Shown: in pieces, positions 1-8,454 of the stretch | Layout of the letters: every line of letters starts with the position of its first letter | Numbering within the stretch: position 1 is the stretch's first letter | Assembly: GCA_022844165.1 (NCBI GenBank) | Contig: JALHMH010000031.1 | Coordinates: 1 to 58,156 of the forward strand | From: Lysobacterales bacterium | Lineage (GTDB): Bacteria; Pseudomonadota; Gammaproteobacteria; Xanthomonadales; SZUA-5 | Direction of reading: 5' to 3' | DNA length: 58,156 nucleotides | Made by a program: the position numbers and the translations under genes | The notes under the pieces: model-generated | The model's database searches: none | Told to the model about the DNA's origin: nothing | What the model saw: only the letters and a program-made list of their open reading frames with translations

Positions 1-84
1 TCCCGTCGCCGAGCTGATGCGCGCTTCACCCAACGTTTTCGTCGATGCGCTTCGTTGAACCACCCCATATTCGAGGTTCTGACC

Positions 85-612
85 ATGGCTGATCCTTTTG
101 TTGCCGAAATCCGCATATTCCCATTCAATTTCCCGCCCAAAGGCTGGGCGTGGTGCGACGGGCAGCTGCTGCCACTGTCGCAAAACACCGCTTTGTTCTC
201 GTTGCTGGGCACCACCTACGGCGGTAACGGCAAGAGCAATTTCGCCCTGCCCAATCTGCAGGGAAACGCGCCAATGCACCCGGGTCAAGGGCCCGGACTT
301 TCGTTGCACTTTCTGGGCGAAATGGGCGGCAGCGAGACAGTTACCTTGCTCGAGAGCGAAATTCCGTCGCATTCGCACGCATTGCGTCCGAACAACGATG
401 GCGCGACAACCAATGCGCCTGCGGGACAATTGGCGGCGCGTCCGTTTGGTCGCGGCAACAACCTCTACACGACCACAACGACGCCGTTGGAGATGATGGA
501 CCAGAACGCATTGGCGCCGTCCGGGGGCGATCAGCCGCACAACAACATGCAACCCTATCTCACCTTTTACTTCTGCATCGCTCTCCAAGGCGTGTTTCCG
601 CCCCGCACTTGA
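85..612 (+). CDS. Phage tail collar domain protein (microcystin-dependent protein-like)
   Basis: MADPFVAEIRIFPFNFPPKGWAWCDGQLLPLSQNTALFSLLGTTYGGNG...HNNMQPYL...CIALQGVFP is the tail-collar family signature; ATG at 85 follows GAGG. Confidence 0.9.
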   Translation: MADPFVAEIRIFPFNFPPKGWAWCDGQLLPLSQNTALFSLLGTTYGGNGKSNFALPNLQGNAPMHPGQGPGLSLHFLGEMGGSETVTLLESEIPSHSHALRPNNDGATTNAPAGQLAARPFGRGNNLYTTTTTPLEMMDQNALAPSGGDQPHNNMQPYLTFYFCIALQGVFPPRT

Positions 613-631
613 CAGGGAGGTTTCCGAGCAG

Positions 632-1258
632 ATGGACGCCGATAAGGATCTCGCACTTCCGCCGTACCGGCCGAGTCTGCTACCTGCGGGGCGCAGCGGT
701 GATTGGACATTGACCAAGCTCAGGCTGCCCGAACGGGCAGCCACGAGCGTCATCGACGCGCGCCCGGACGCCTTCCGTTTTCGACCCGGCGAATACACGG
801 AACTGCGCCAGGGTGGCGTCACCTTCATGACCGATTTGTACGACGAGTGGTGGACCCAACGGCGGGCGATCGAGCGAGCGCGAGGCGTCGGCGGCAAGGT
901 GCTGATCACCGGATTGGGGCTGGGGATGGTGGTTGAAGCCATCCTGGCAACGCCGGCGCTGGCCCCGGTCAGCACCGTCACTGTTATCGAGCAATCGGCA
1001 GACGTGATTCATCTGGTCGCACCACATCTGCGCCATCAGTTCGCCGATCGAGTGGAGATTATTCAGGCGGACGCTTTCACCTGGCGGCCGTCGGCATCGG
1101 TACACTTCGACACCGTCTGGCACGACATCTGGCCAGACCCAGACGCCGACTATGTGGATGGCGACATGGCGCGGCTGTTGGAGCACCATCGACCGTGGTC
1201 TCGCTGGCAAGGGTTCTGGCCGCAGGACTACCGCGACGCACTCGCGGGCAAGGTCTAG
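632..1258 (+). CDS. SAM-dependent methyltransferase, spermidine-synthase-like fold
   Basis: VLITGLGLG motif I, VTVIE, IIQADAF, FDTVWHDIW; GGGAGG RBS upstream. Confidence 0.7.
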   Translation: MDADKDLALPPYRPSLLPAGRSGDWTLTKLRLPERAATSVIDARPDAFRFRPGEYTELRQGGVTFMTDLYDEWWTQRRAIERARGVGGKVLITGLGLGMVVEAILATPALAPVSTVTVIEQSADVIHLVAPHLRHQFADRVEIIQADAFTWRPSASVHFDTVWHDIWPDPDADYVDGDMARLLEHHRPWSRWQGFWPQDYRDALAGKV

Positions 1259-1390
1259 GCCGTTCCTGCTGGGAGAATCAGACCATTGTCCCGGCGCTTG
1301 GGTTCAATTCGCTACATCCGGGATATTGACCCACACGCCAATTCACGCCAGCCTCCGAGCGCGCAATCCCGCCGCCCTCTGAGAGCCGTT

Positions 1391-1987
1391 ATGAACCGTC
1401 GCAGTGTACTCGGAGCGGGTGGTGCGCTTGCCGTTGTTGGTTTCAGTCAACCGGCTGGCGCAACATTCACATCCGGACCAACGCGCGGCACTTCGACGCC
1501 GCGGGAATTCTCTGCCTTCATCCCCATCGAGGTTCGCCAGCGGACCAATGGACCGATCTCGGCTATCCATATCCGCAAATTCTGGCCCGATGAAACGCAG
1601 TCGGACAACCGGCTGAAATCCTGGACCGTCGACTTGTCGATACCCGACGACCGTGGTGTCACGCGCACGATTCTCGCGTGGCATCTGTCCAGAACGGCGC
1701 AACGATGCATGACCGGCAATTCCATCAAAATGCAATTCCCGGAAGGCGCGCATGCGCACGTCGCGATCAGTTGCGTACGCGGCGTCGGCAAGGAATCTGT
1801 AACAACGCAAAGCGCCTGGTCCGATCTGGTGCCTGGCGCGAGTTTGCTCGTTCTGGCCAGCGCCCGTTCAAGCACCGGGAGACCGCCGCAGTTGATGGAT
1901 TTGCGCTATTTCCCAGGCGAAAAGGACTTGCGTCTGGCCGACGGCTCGCCACGCGACTTTGATGCGTTATTGATCGAAACCGCATGA
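1391..1987 (+). CDS. Hypothetical protein with twin-arginine-like signal
   Basis: MNRRSVLGAGGALAVVG...AGA N-terminus; stop overlaps the next ATG (ATGA at 1984-1987). Confidence 0.6.
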   Translation: MNRRSVLGAGGALAVVGFSQPAGATFTSGPTRGTSTPREFSAFIPIEVRQRTNGPISAIHIRKFWPDETQSDNRLKSWTVDLSIPDDRGVTRTILAWHLSRTAQRCMTGNSIKMQFPEGAHAHVAISCVRGVGKESVTTQSAWSDLVPGASLLVLASARSSTGRPPQLMDLRYFPGEKDLRLADGSPRDFDALLIETA

Positions 1988-2514
1988 CATTGTCCCGCGC
2001 CTTCGCTGCCTCGACACATCCCGCGCGTCCGCAGGGGCTGTCGTTTCGCCCCATCGACGATCGCGACCTGCCCTTTCTCGCCGCGCTGTACGCAGATATG
2101 CGCGAGGACGAGCTGGCGCAGGTTCAATGGCCGGCGGAAGCCAAACTTTCGTTCTTGCAGCAACAGTTTGACCAACAGCACAGCTACTACGCTTCGAACT
2201 ATGTCGGCGCAGACCGCCTGCTCATCGCTTTCGGTGGGCAGCCCATCGGACGCGTCTACGTATTCCGTTCGCCCAGCGACATTCGCCTGATGGATATCGC
2301 ACTGCTGAAGTCCTGGCGCGGACGCGGATTCGGGCGCGCGATGCTGGCCGAACTGATCGACGAAGCCGAACGCTCTGGCGCCTGCATCTCGCTGCACGTC
2401 GAGTCGAACAACCCTGCGATGGCATGGTACCAGCGGCTTGGCTTTGAGCATTCCGAAGACCGCGGCGTTTACCAATTCCTGGTGCGGCTGGCGAATGTCC
2501 GAGCCCCTGCCTGA
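1984..2514 (+). CDS. GNAT family N-acetyltransferase
   Basis: DIALLKSWRGRGFGRAML acetyl-CoA motif and LHVESNNPAMAWYQRLGF; the type usually found next to tail-collar genes. Confidence 0.9.
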   Translation: MTLSRAFAASTHPARPQGLSFRPIDDRDLPFLAALYADMREDELAQVQWPAEAKLSFLQQQFDQQHSYYASNYVGADRLLIAFGGQPIGRVYVFRSPSDIRLMDIALLKSWRGRGFGRAMLAELIDEAERSGACISLHVESNNPAMAWYQRLGFEHSEDRGVYQFLVRLANVRAPA

Positions 2515-3232
2515 TCGCTGTTATGGCGACAGCAACGCGCCGATCTACGACCAGCTCTATCCACGAATTGACTCCGACTGCCTCGCCGAAATCGCAGGGC
2601 TCGCTGGCACAGGTCGCGTGCTGGAACTCGGCGTTGGCACCGGTCGATGCGCGGGGCCATTGGCGAGAATGGGCGTTGATGTTGTCGGCATCGACCGATC
2701 CGCTGCCATGCTGTCGCTCGCACGAGCCAACTACCCTACCCTGCCGCTGGTGCGCGCCGATTTCTCGCAGCTGCCGTTCGCCAACTGCTTCCGGTTAGCC
2801 GTGTCGCTGGTGGACACCTTGAGCTTGTTGGCGGGCATCGAGCAGTTGCAAGGAGCACTTCAGAGAATTGCCAATGTTTTGGAACCGGATGGCCTGTTGA
2901 TCGATGAATCCTGGCGCTCACACGAGGATGGCCAGGTGCCCTATGTCGAACACCTGGATGTTCCTATTGTCGATGCAACGACGGGTACCGCCGAGGCACG
3001 CTACCAGGTACGACGAATCCGGATGGATCAACCGGCATTCGACACCCTCTGCGCCGCGTCGGGCTTCGAACTTCAATCTCGCCATGCCGGTTGGTCTGAG
3101 CGCAAAGCATCAGCACCCGGTTCGGGCTGGATATCGATCTATAGCAAGACCCATCAAGGCGAGCCAAACCGCTCGGTCTGTGCCGTTGGCGCCACCCATG
3201 AACAACTCGGAGTGAGCAAGAACATCAGTTGA
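2495..3232 (+). CDS. Class I SAM-dependent methyltransferase
   Basis: RVLELGVGTGR, VGIDRSAAML, ADF, LEPDGLL motifs; start approximate. Confidence 0.8.
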   Translation: MSEPLPDRCYGDSNAPIYDQLYPRIDSDCLAEIAGLAGTGRVLELGVGTGRCAGPLARMGVDVVGIDRSAAMLSLARANYPTLPLVRADFSQLPFANCFRLAVSLVDTLSLLAGIEQLQGALQRIANVLEPDGLLIDESWRSHEDGQVPYVEHLDVPIVDATTGTAEARYQVRRIRMDQPAFDTLCAASGFELQSRHAGWSERKASAPGSGWISIYSKTHQGEPNRSVCAVGATHEQLGVSKNIS

Positions 3233-3518
3233 ACACCGCCTCGTAGTCAACCTCGCCGCCAACAATTTTGCGTGGCGACATGAAGATGCCCACTTCGCCC
3301 TGCGGCAATCGTGTCAACAGAACCCCTTGGCGAGGCGCGTGCGGCGGCAACCGTAAATCGACAGCGAATCCACCGCCCTCACGCAACGAACTGCCGCCCA
3401 CTTTACGCGCGGCCAGAACTTGCGAAGCAACAAAACGATCATCGATTTGCACGTCGATGGTGCGCCCAACCAGCGCGTTGAAGTCCTCCAATCGCAGCGT
3501 CGTCAGCAACTCACTCAT
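3225..3518 (-). CDS. DUF6916-like small protein
   Basis: 97 aa, LRLEDF...QG...IFMSP...YEAVFN ending, typical of the small genes that accompany tail-collar/GNAT clusters. Confidence 0.7.
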   Translation of the reverse strand: MSELLTTLRLEDFNALVGRTIDVQIDDRFVASQVLAARKVGGSSLREGGGFAVDLRLPPHAPRQGVLLTRLPQGEVGIFMSPRKIVGGEVDYEAVFN

Positions 3519-3599
3519 GCCCCTGCCCCTCGTGAAAAAATCATGTTACCGCAATTTCGCAGTTGTAGACTTCGATAACACAACGCGAAGGAGGTTGCC

Positions 3600-4130
3600 G
3601 TGGCGAACACCGTTCCGATCAGTGTCATGGGTACAAGACCCGCACAGTATGCGGCTGGGATCATTGCAGTCGGCAACAACCGACTGACGCATCAGTTGTC
3701 GAACTATCAACAAGGCTACTGGTACGTGGTGCTGGACGCCTCAAATCTCAACGTTGTGTTCAACGCGGTTGAGCCAAGCGGCAGCACGTTGCCGAACTTC
3801 GGTGTCAGTGGCCCTGGGTATCTGCTCGCTGTCGTAACGCTCGGTGTCAGCTTCGACAACCAGCCGCAAGGCGCGCTTTTCAAGTTCCTGATGGCCAACG
3901 GCGCTGGTGCGCGCCTGCTGGCCATCGAGCAGTTGGCCACGCAGATCGGCTGCGGTTCGCTAGGCGGGTTCACGTACACCTTCGTCACCACGCTCAACGA
4001 TCCCAATCCGGGCTTCGAGGCGTACGACACCGAAGTACAAGCCGGCTACACCGCCATCCAGACATTGTCATTGCTGGCCGTTAGTCAGCCCAGCGGCGGT
4101 GTGATGTACACACCGATTGCGCTGGCCTGA
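3600..4130 (+). CDS. Hypothetical protein, paralog 1
   Basis: GTG start after AAGGAGG; collinear similarity to 4243..4779. Confidence 0.8.
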   Translation: MANTVPISVMGTRPAQYAAGIIAVGNNRLTHQLSNYQQGYWYVVLDASNLNVVFNAVEPSGSTLPNFGVSGPGYLLAVVTLGVSFDNQPQGALFKFLMANGAGARLLAIEQLATQIGCGSLGGFTYTFVTTLNDPNPGFEAYDTEVQAGYTAIQTLSLLAVSQPSGGVMYTPIALA

Positions 4131-4242
4131 CGGCTGGATCCGTACGCCCCGCATCTGCTGCTGTGCGGGGGCGCGCAGAGCGCGTCCAAACCGGTGATTG
4201 CAGCGCGGCAACTTTGACTCAAACTGACCCAGGAGAACTGCA

Positions 4243-4779
4243 ATGGCCTCACCTTTACCACTTTCGCTGTTTTCATACATGCCGACTGCCAGCTATCCGT
4301 TTTCGAACATCGCCGTGGGAAACAACACCTACAGCCAGCAGACGCCGAGTCCTGGCCTGCAAGGCTATTGGTTTCTGGTGCTCGACTCGGCAACGCTCAA
4401 AGTAGTCGCCAATGTGTTTCAGGCTTCCGGCAACCAGGCGCCAGCCCTGGCGGCAAGCCCCGGCGACATCTTGATCGTGACCACGCTTGGCGTCACCTTC
4501 GACAATCAACCACAAGGCGCGCTGACGACCTTCTTGCAGGAAAACGGGGCTGGCGTTGGCTTGCTCGCGATCGAGCAGTTAGGTAATCAGTTCGGTTGCG
4601 GTACCTTGGGCGGTTTCGCATATTCCTTCGTCACCACCTATGGCGACACCAATCCCGGTTTCGAAGCGATGGACGCGAGCGGCGATACCGGCATCCAGTG
4701 CATCCAAACCCTGATGCTCGATCCGGTCACGCAGCCCAACGGTGGCGTGATCTACACGCCGGTGCAGTTAGGGAGCTGA
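4243..4779 (+). CDS. Hypothetical protein, paralog 2
   Basis: ATG after AGGAGA; shares IAVGNN, QGYW, FDNQPQGAL, LLAIEQL, GCG-LGGF and NPGFEA with paralog 1. Confidence 0.8.
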   Translation: MASPLPLSLFSYMPTASYPFSNIAVGNNTYSQQTPSPGLQGYWFLVLDSATLKVVANVFQASGNQAPALAASPGDILIVTTLGVTFDNQPQGALTTFLQENGAGVGLLAIEQLGNQFGCGTLGGFAYSFVTTYGDTNPGFEAMDASGDTGIQCIQTLMLDPVTQPNGGVIYTPVQLGS

Positions 4780-5014
4780 TGCGCAGCGGGCCGAAAGCGC
4801 TGCTTGCGGCGCTGGCTGGCCTGGGCCAGAAGCCAACTCAGACGAAGCCACGGAGATACGGCGTTTCCTGGCATAAGGGAATCCTGACTTCTTCGTGGCT
4901 TCGGTCATTGTGTGGCGCTCAGGGCTTGATGCCATTCTTGCGAACAAAAGTGGTGGGCCATGTTCGTTGCACCAAACCGAACTGTCTCACCACCAACACC
5001 TGAAGACCCTTAGC

Positions 5015-6178
5015 GTGACGAAACGCCACCTGCTGCTGCTCGGCTGGTACAAACCTGGCACGGGCTTTACGCGCGTGCTGGAATCGCTGCTGCCATATCT
5101 GGCGCAAGAATTTCGCATCACGTGGTACGGCGTCGGCTACAAGGGCGATGTCTTCGAACCCATGCCAGGCGTCAAGGTTCTGCCCACAAATCTGCGCGGA
5201 GGCGATCTGATTGGCGCTTATGCGGCCGCCGCCGCCTGGAATGAACTGGCGCCCGACGCGGTGCTCGCGCTCAACGATCTTTGGTACCTCAAACACTACA
5301 CGCACACGCTGGGCCCGCTGCGCGGCGCGGTGCCGATGGTGGGCTATGCACCCATCGACGGCATTCTCGACGACCCGCGCTGGATCGAAGCGCTGGTCGC
5401 TTTCAGCACGCTGATCACCTACACCGAATCGGCCGCCGACAACGTGCGCGCAGTTGCGCGCGAAGCAGGACTTGCGCTGCCCGTGGCCGTTGCCGGCCAC
5501 GGCGTCGATCACAGCCGATTTCGCCCCAGTGCGCTCACGTTGGATGAAAAGAAAGCAAAGGCGCAAGCGCTCTTTGGGCTGGATGCGCCAGCCTCCATGA
5601 TCCTCAACGCCGCACGCCCCGATCCGCGCAAACGCATCGATCTCACCTTGGCCGGTTTCGCGCCTTTTGCCCACGTGCACCCGGACGCCTACCTGTGCCT
5701 GCACCACGCGATCGAACACACGCCGGCCATCGATATACTGCGCCAACAGGCTGCCGCACTCGGCATTCAAAATCGCGTACTGTTCTGGCCGAAAACCCCA
5801 GGGCCACTGAGCGACACCGATCTCAACGCGCTCTACAACGCCTGCAGCGTTGGCATCAACACCGCACACGGCGAAGGTTTTGGCCTGGTGAGCTTCGAAC
5901 ACGCCGCCACCGGCGCACCGCAAATCGTGCCGGGACAAGCCGCGCTGATCGAGTTATGGGGCACGAACGCGCATTGCCTGCCAGCAAGGCCCATACGCAC
6001 ACCGATCTCGCCGCTGCCGATGGTAGAAGTACAACCAGCCGACATCGCCGCCGCGCTCACGCAACTGCACCACGAGCCGCATTGGACCGCCGCCAGCGCC
6101 GCTGCATTGGCGCACGTGCGAGACCCACGGTTCGATTGGTCAGTCGTCGCCGAGCGGCTCCTGGTGCATTTGCGCTGA
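5015..6178 (+). CDS. Glycosyltransferase family 4 (GT-B)
   Basis: GTGFTRV, HGVD, RKRID, LYNA, EGFGLVSFEHAATGAP motifs; start estimated at GTG 5015. Confidence 0.85.
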   Translation: MTKRHLLLLGWYKPGTGFTRVLESLLPYLAQEFRITWYGVGYKGDVFEPMPGVKVLPTNLRGGDLIGAYAAAAAWNELAPDAVLALNDLWYLKHYTHTLGPLRGAVPMVGYAPIDGILDDPRWIEALVAFSTLITYTESAADNVRAVAREAGLALPVAVAGHGVDHSRFRPSALTLDEKKAKAQALFGLDAPASMILNAARPDPRKRIDLTLAGFAPFAHVHPDAYLCLHHAIEHTPAIDILRQQAAALGIQNRVLFWPKTPGPLSDTDLNALYNACSVGINTAHGEGFGLVSFEHAATGAPQIVPGQAALIELWGTNAHCLPARPIRTPISPLPMVEVQPADIAAALTQLHHEPHWTAASAAALAHVRDPRFDWSVVAERLLVHLR

Positions 6179-6195
6179 GGCAAGACATTCGCGCG

Positions 6196-6650
6196 TCAGT
6201 CCAACGCGGTGGCGATGCCAATATTGCCATGCATTTGATACAGCCCCCAATCGTTTGCTGGCAGCGCTTTCACCCCCACGGTGCGCTCGCGATACTCGCC
6301 CTCTTCACCGTCGGCATAGGGAAAGCTTCCGTTGTAATTCGCCTTGTCCGGATCAACCTGCGCGCCAAAATGAAACGGCGTCACCGTGCCCGCCCGGCAC
6401 GCATATTCCCACTGCGCCTCAGTGGGCAAATCGGCGCCCGGCAAGCCCAGAACCGCCATCTGCTTGAACAGTTCTTGGGCGTCCAGCCAACTGACGCGTT
6501 CCAGCGCATGCGCTGGCGCACATCTTTGATCTCGAACTCGGCCCACAGCCCATATTGATCATCGCCCCAGGCATCGGCCCACGGCGGCGGAAAGGGATCG
6601 GGGTCGCGGTCCACTAGCGGCTCAGACACGGCCTGCCCCGCGAGTTGCAA
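6196..6650 (-). pseudogene. FGE-sulfatase (CLec-fold) DGR target-type gene, internally deleted and 3'-truncated
   Basis: Frame A reads PPPWADAWGDDQYGLWAEF...QRMRW; frame B reads ERVSW...LPTEAQWEYACRAG...PANDWGLYQMHGN and then stops without VWEW or the variable region. Confidence 0.85.
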
Positions 6651-6831
6651 CGAACTTTCGCCCAGCCGCTGCGCGACTTGCAGGCAAAGTCGGCGCGCCG
6701 GAGGGCGTTCGTGATCTCACTACTAACGCTCCGGCGGCCTTGAGGTTTGGTCGATGGCGGTCAATTGCCATCGACACTGGACGCCACATCTGGTCCATGG
6801 CGCTTTGGGCATCCGCCGGCTGCGCGCCATT

Positions 6832-6960
6832 GAGCTCAGGACAAGACGCATGCCAACGTTGTTGTTCCGGTTCTCGGGCGAGTTGGCGTTGCGGCAAGCG
6901 GCGCGCAAGTTCCTGGCGTTGTTGTTCCAAGAGCCGCCGGGCAGCGCACGTTGCGTGTTG
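6832..6960 (-). repeat. DGR template repeat (TR)
   Basis: Minus strand reads NTQRALPGGSWNNNARNLRAACRNANSPENRNNNVGMRLVLS; all 11 Asn codons are AAC; lies immediately after an RT fragment. Confidence 0.85.
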
Positions 6961-6971
6961 CGTGATGGGAA

Positions 6972-7337
6972 TCAGCACGAAGCATACTCCCTTGTCTCGC
7001 ACCACAGCCGCTGACGAAAGCCTTGGCTTTGACTATGCGCCAGCGACGCCAGAAGTACATCGTGCGCGCGTTGCAGTTGTGCTTCGCGGTCGCCACATTC
7101 GCCGGCATCGTCGCGCTCGAAGCGCAACAAGCGTTTGACGCCCGCCCGATAGCGCGACAACTTTCGCGCGCTCGGCAACACCACGCCCGGCTTGATGCGA
7201 AAACCACAGTACGCAACACCGCACGTGCTGCGCCCGATCTGCGCGTTGGGCTTCAACCTGAGCTTTCGTTCCTGCCAAAGCCAGTCGCCGACCGCATGCA
7301 GAACCGATTTCGCGGCCCGCCCATCCTCGCACCACCG
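6972..7337 (-). pseudogene. Reverse transcriptase C-terminal fragment (DGR type), YxDD and everything upstream missing
   Basis: Open frame WCED...VLHAVGDWLWQERKLRLKPNAQIGRSTCGVAYCGFRIKP matches RT domains 6-7 (LxLxLKP...GxxFxGFRI); in-frame TAG at 7338-7340 where YxDD is expected. Confidence 0.75.
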
Positions 7338-8239
7338 CTATCAACTGCGAACTGCAAGACACCGGTTGTCAGCCGACTGCCAATCTCCTGTTGTAGGTAG
7401 CGTTCAGCGCCGACAAGAAACATCAGAGCAAGCGAATATGACAGCGAGTCAGCCGAGTCTGTCTTGGGAAGGTCTGAGGCCTTATGCCGAACTCGCTCGA
7501 GAAACCTAAGACCACCTTCCTCCTCATATAAAATCGCATCCAAAGCGGCGCGGCTGGTGCATTGGGGCAGCAAACTCAACAAGCGTTTCTCATCTGGACT
7601 GCCCTGAACCCGAATTTCGTCGATGCGCTTGAACAATGCAGTTTGTAGTCGCGTTGCAACGGTGCAATCAGTTGGCGGGAACGCGGATGCAGAAGGCGCA
7701 CTCGGCGTCGGATCGGCCGCAGGCAAAGGCGCGTGTTCTCGAAGATGTTCTGCCAGATCCCGCATCGCGTTATTGGCTGCAAGCAGAAGATCCTTTTCGT
7801 TGTTGACCACTTTGTAGATTCGATGCTCGCCAGAGTTACCATCTTTCGACTTAGCGCGCTCCCGAAACGCTTCGAGGCTGTCGATGTCAGCCTGATTTTT
7901 GTCGCCTGCGCCTGTTGGGTAATCGTCACTGAGCAGGATCAACTTGATAGCTTTGTCCAAGCGAATCGCTTCATTGAACTCCAGTTCAGTAATGGACAAG
8001 TTCTTAGGATTTTTCGTTGACACTGGACGCTGGCCGTAGCGTCGCCCGATCAGCAACACGTAGGCATGCGACCTTCGAACCATGTCGAGTGAGTTCTCCA
8101 GCACACTGGCGTTGACTCCGCCGTCGTTGTGCTCCATGCCCTCGGCGTATAGCTTCGCCCTATCTGCGGCGCTCATCAAAACTTGCCGCTGCGAACTTAG
8201 ATCGCTAAACGTGCTTGAAATCATCACCGCGTGATGCAT
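7253..8239 (-). CDS. DUF4062 domain protein, probably C-terminally truncated
   Basis: VMISSTFSDL..QR, YVLLIGRRYG, SITELEFNEA; the 3' end runs out of frame into the RT fragment. Confidence 0.85.
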   Translation of the reverse strand: MHHAVMISSTFSDLSSQRQVLMSAADRAKLYAEGMEHNDGGVNASVLENSLDMVRRSHAYVLLIGRRYGQRPVSTKNPKNLSITELEFNEAIRLDKAIKLILLSDDYPTGAGDKNQADIDSLEAFRERAKSKDGNSGEHRIYKVVNNEKDLLLAANNAMRDLAEHLREHAPLPAADPTPSAPSASAFPPTDCTVATRLQTALFKRIDEIRVQGSPDEKRLLSLLPQCTSRAALDAILYEEEGGLRFLERVRHKASDLPKTDSADSLSYSLALMFLVGAERYLQQEIGSRLTTGVLQFAVDSGGARMGGPRNRFCMRSATGFGRNESSG

Positions 8240-8454
8240 CGACGCCCCCGTCAGATCGTCGGTCCGGATCTGACGATGGCTTAGCAGTTTTCGATTTGCA
8301 AGCATTGTTGCGTTTCAGATCTGCCGAGTCTTGGTGCAACTCTTGAGCGGTCACGGCTTGGCGATCGGGCTCTTTGGTGCTGCTGCTCCGCCGCCGTGGC
8401 TTGGCGTCATCATCGGTGTATTCCCGCCGGGCTTTTTCGACAGAACCGATAGGG

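Noticed and set aside
2-58. 3' end of an upstream CDS (PVAELMRASPNVFVDALR*)
   Set aside because: Too short to assign or confirm.
85-612. Prophage suggested by the tail-collar gene
   Set aside because: No capsid, terminase, integrase or other tail genes; the neighbours match the non-phage collar/GNAT cluster.
6972-7337. Group II intron or retron origin of the RT fragment
   Set aside because: The adjacent AAC-rich TR and FGE-sulfatase gene fit a DGR; no intron domain V/VI or msr-msd was recognised.
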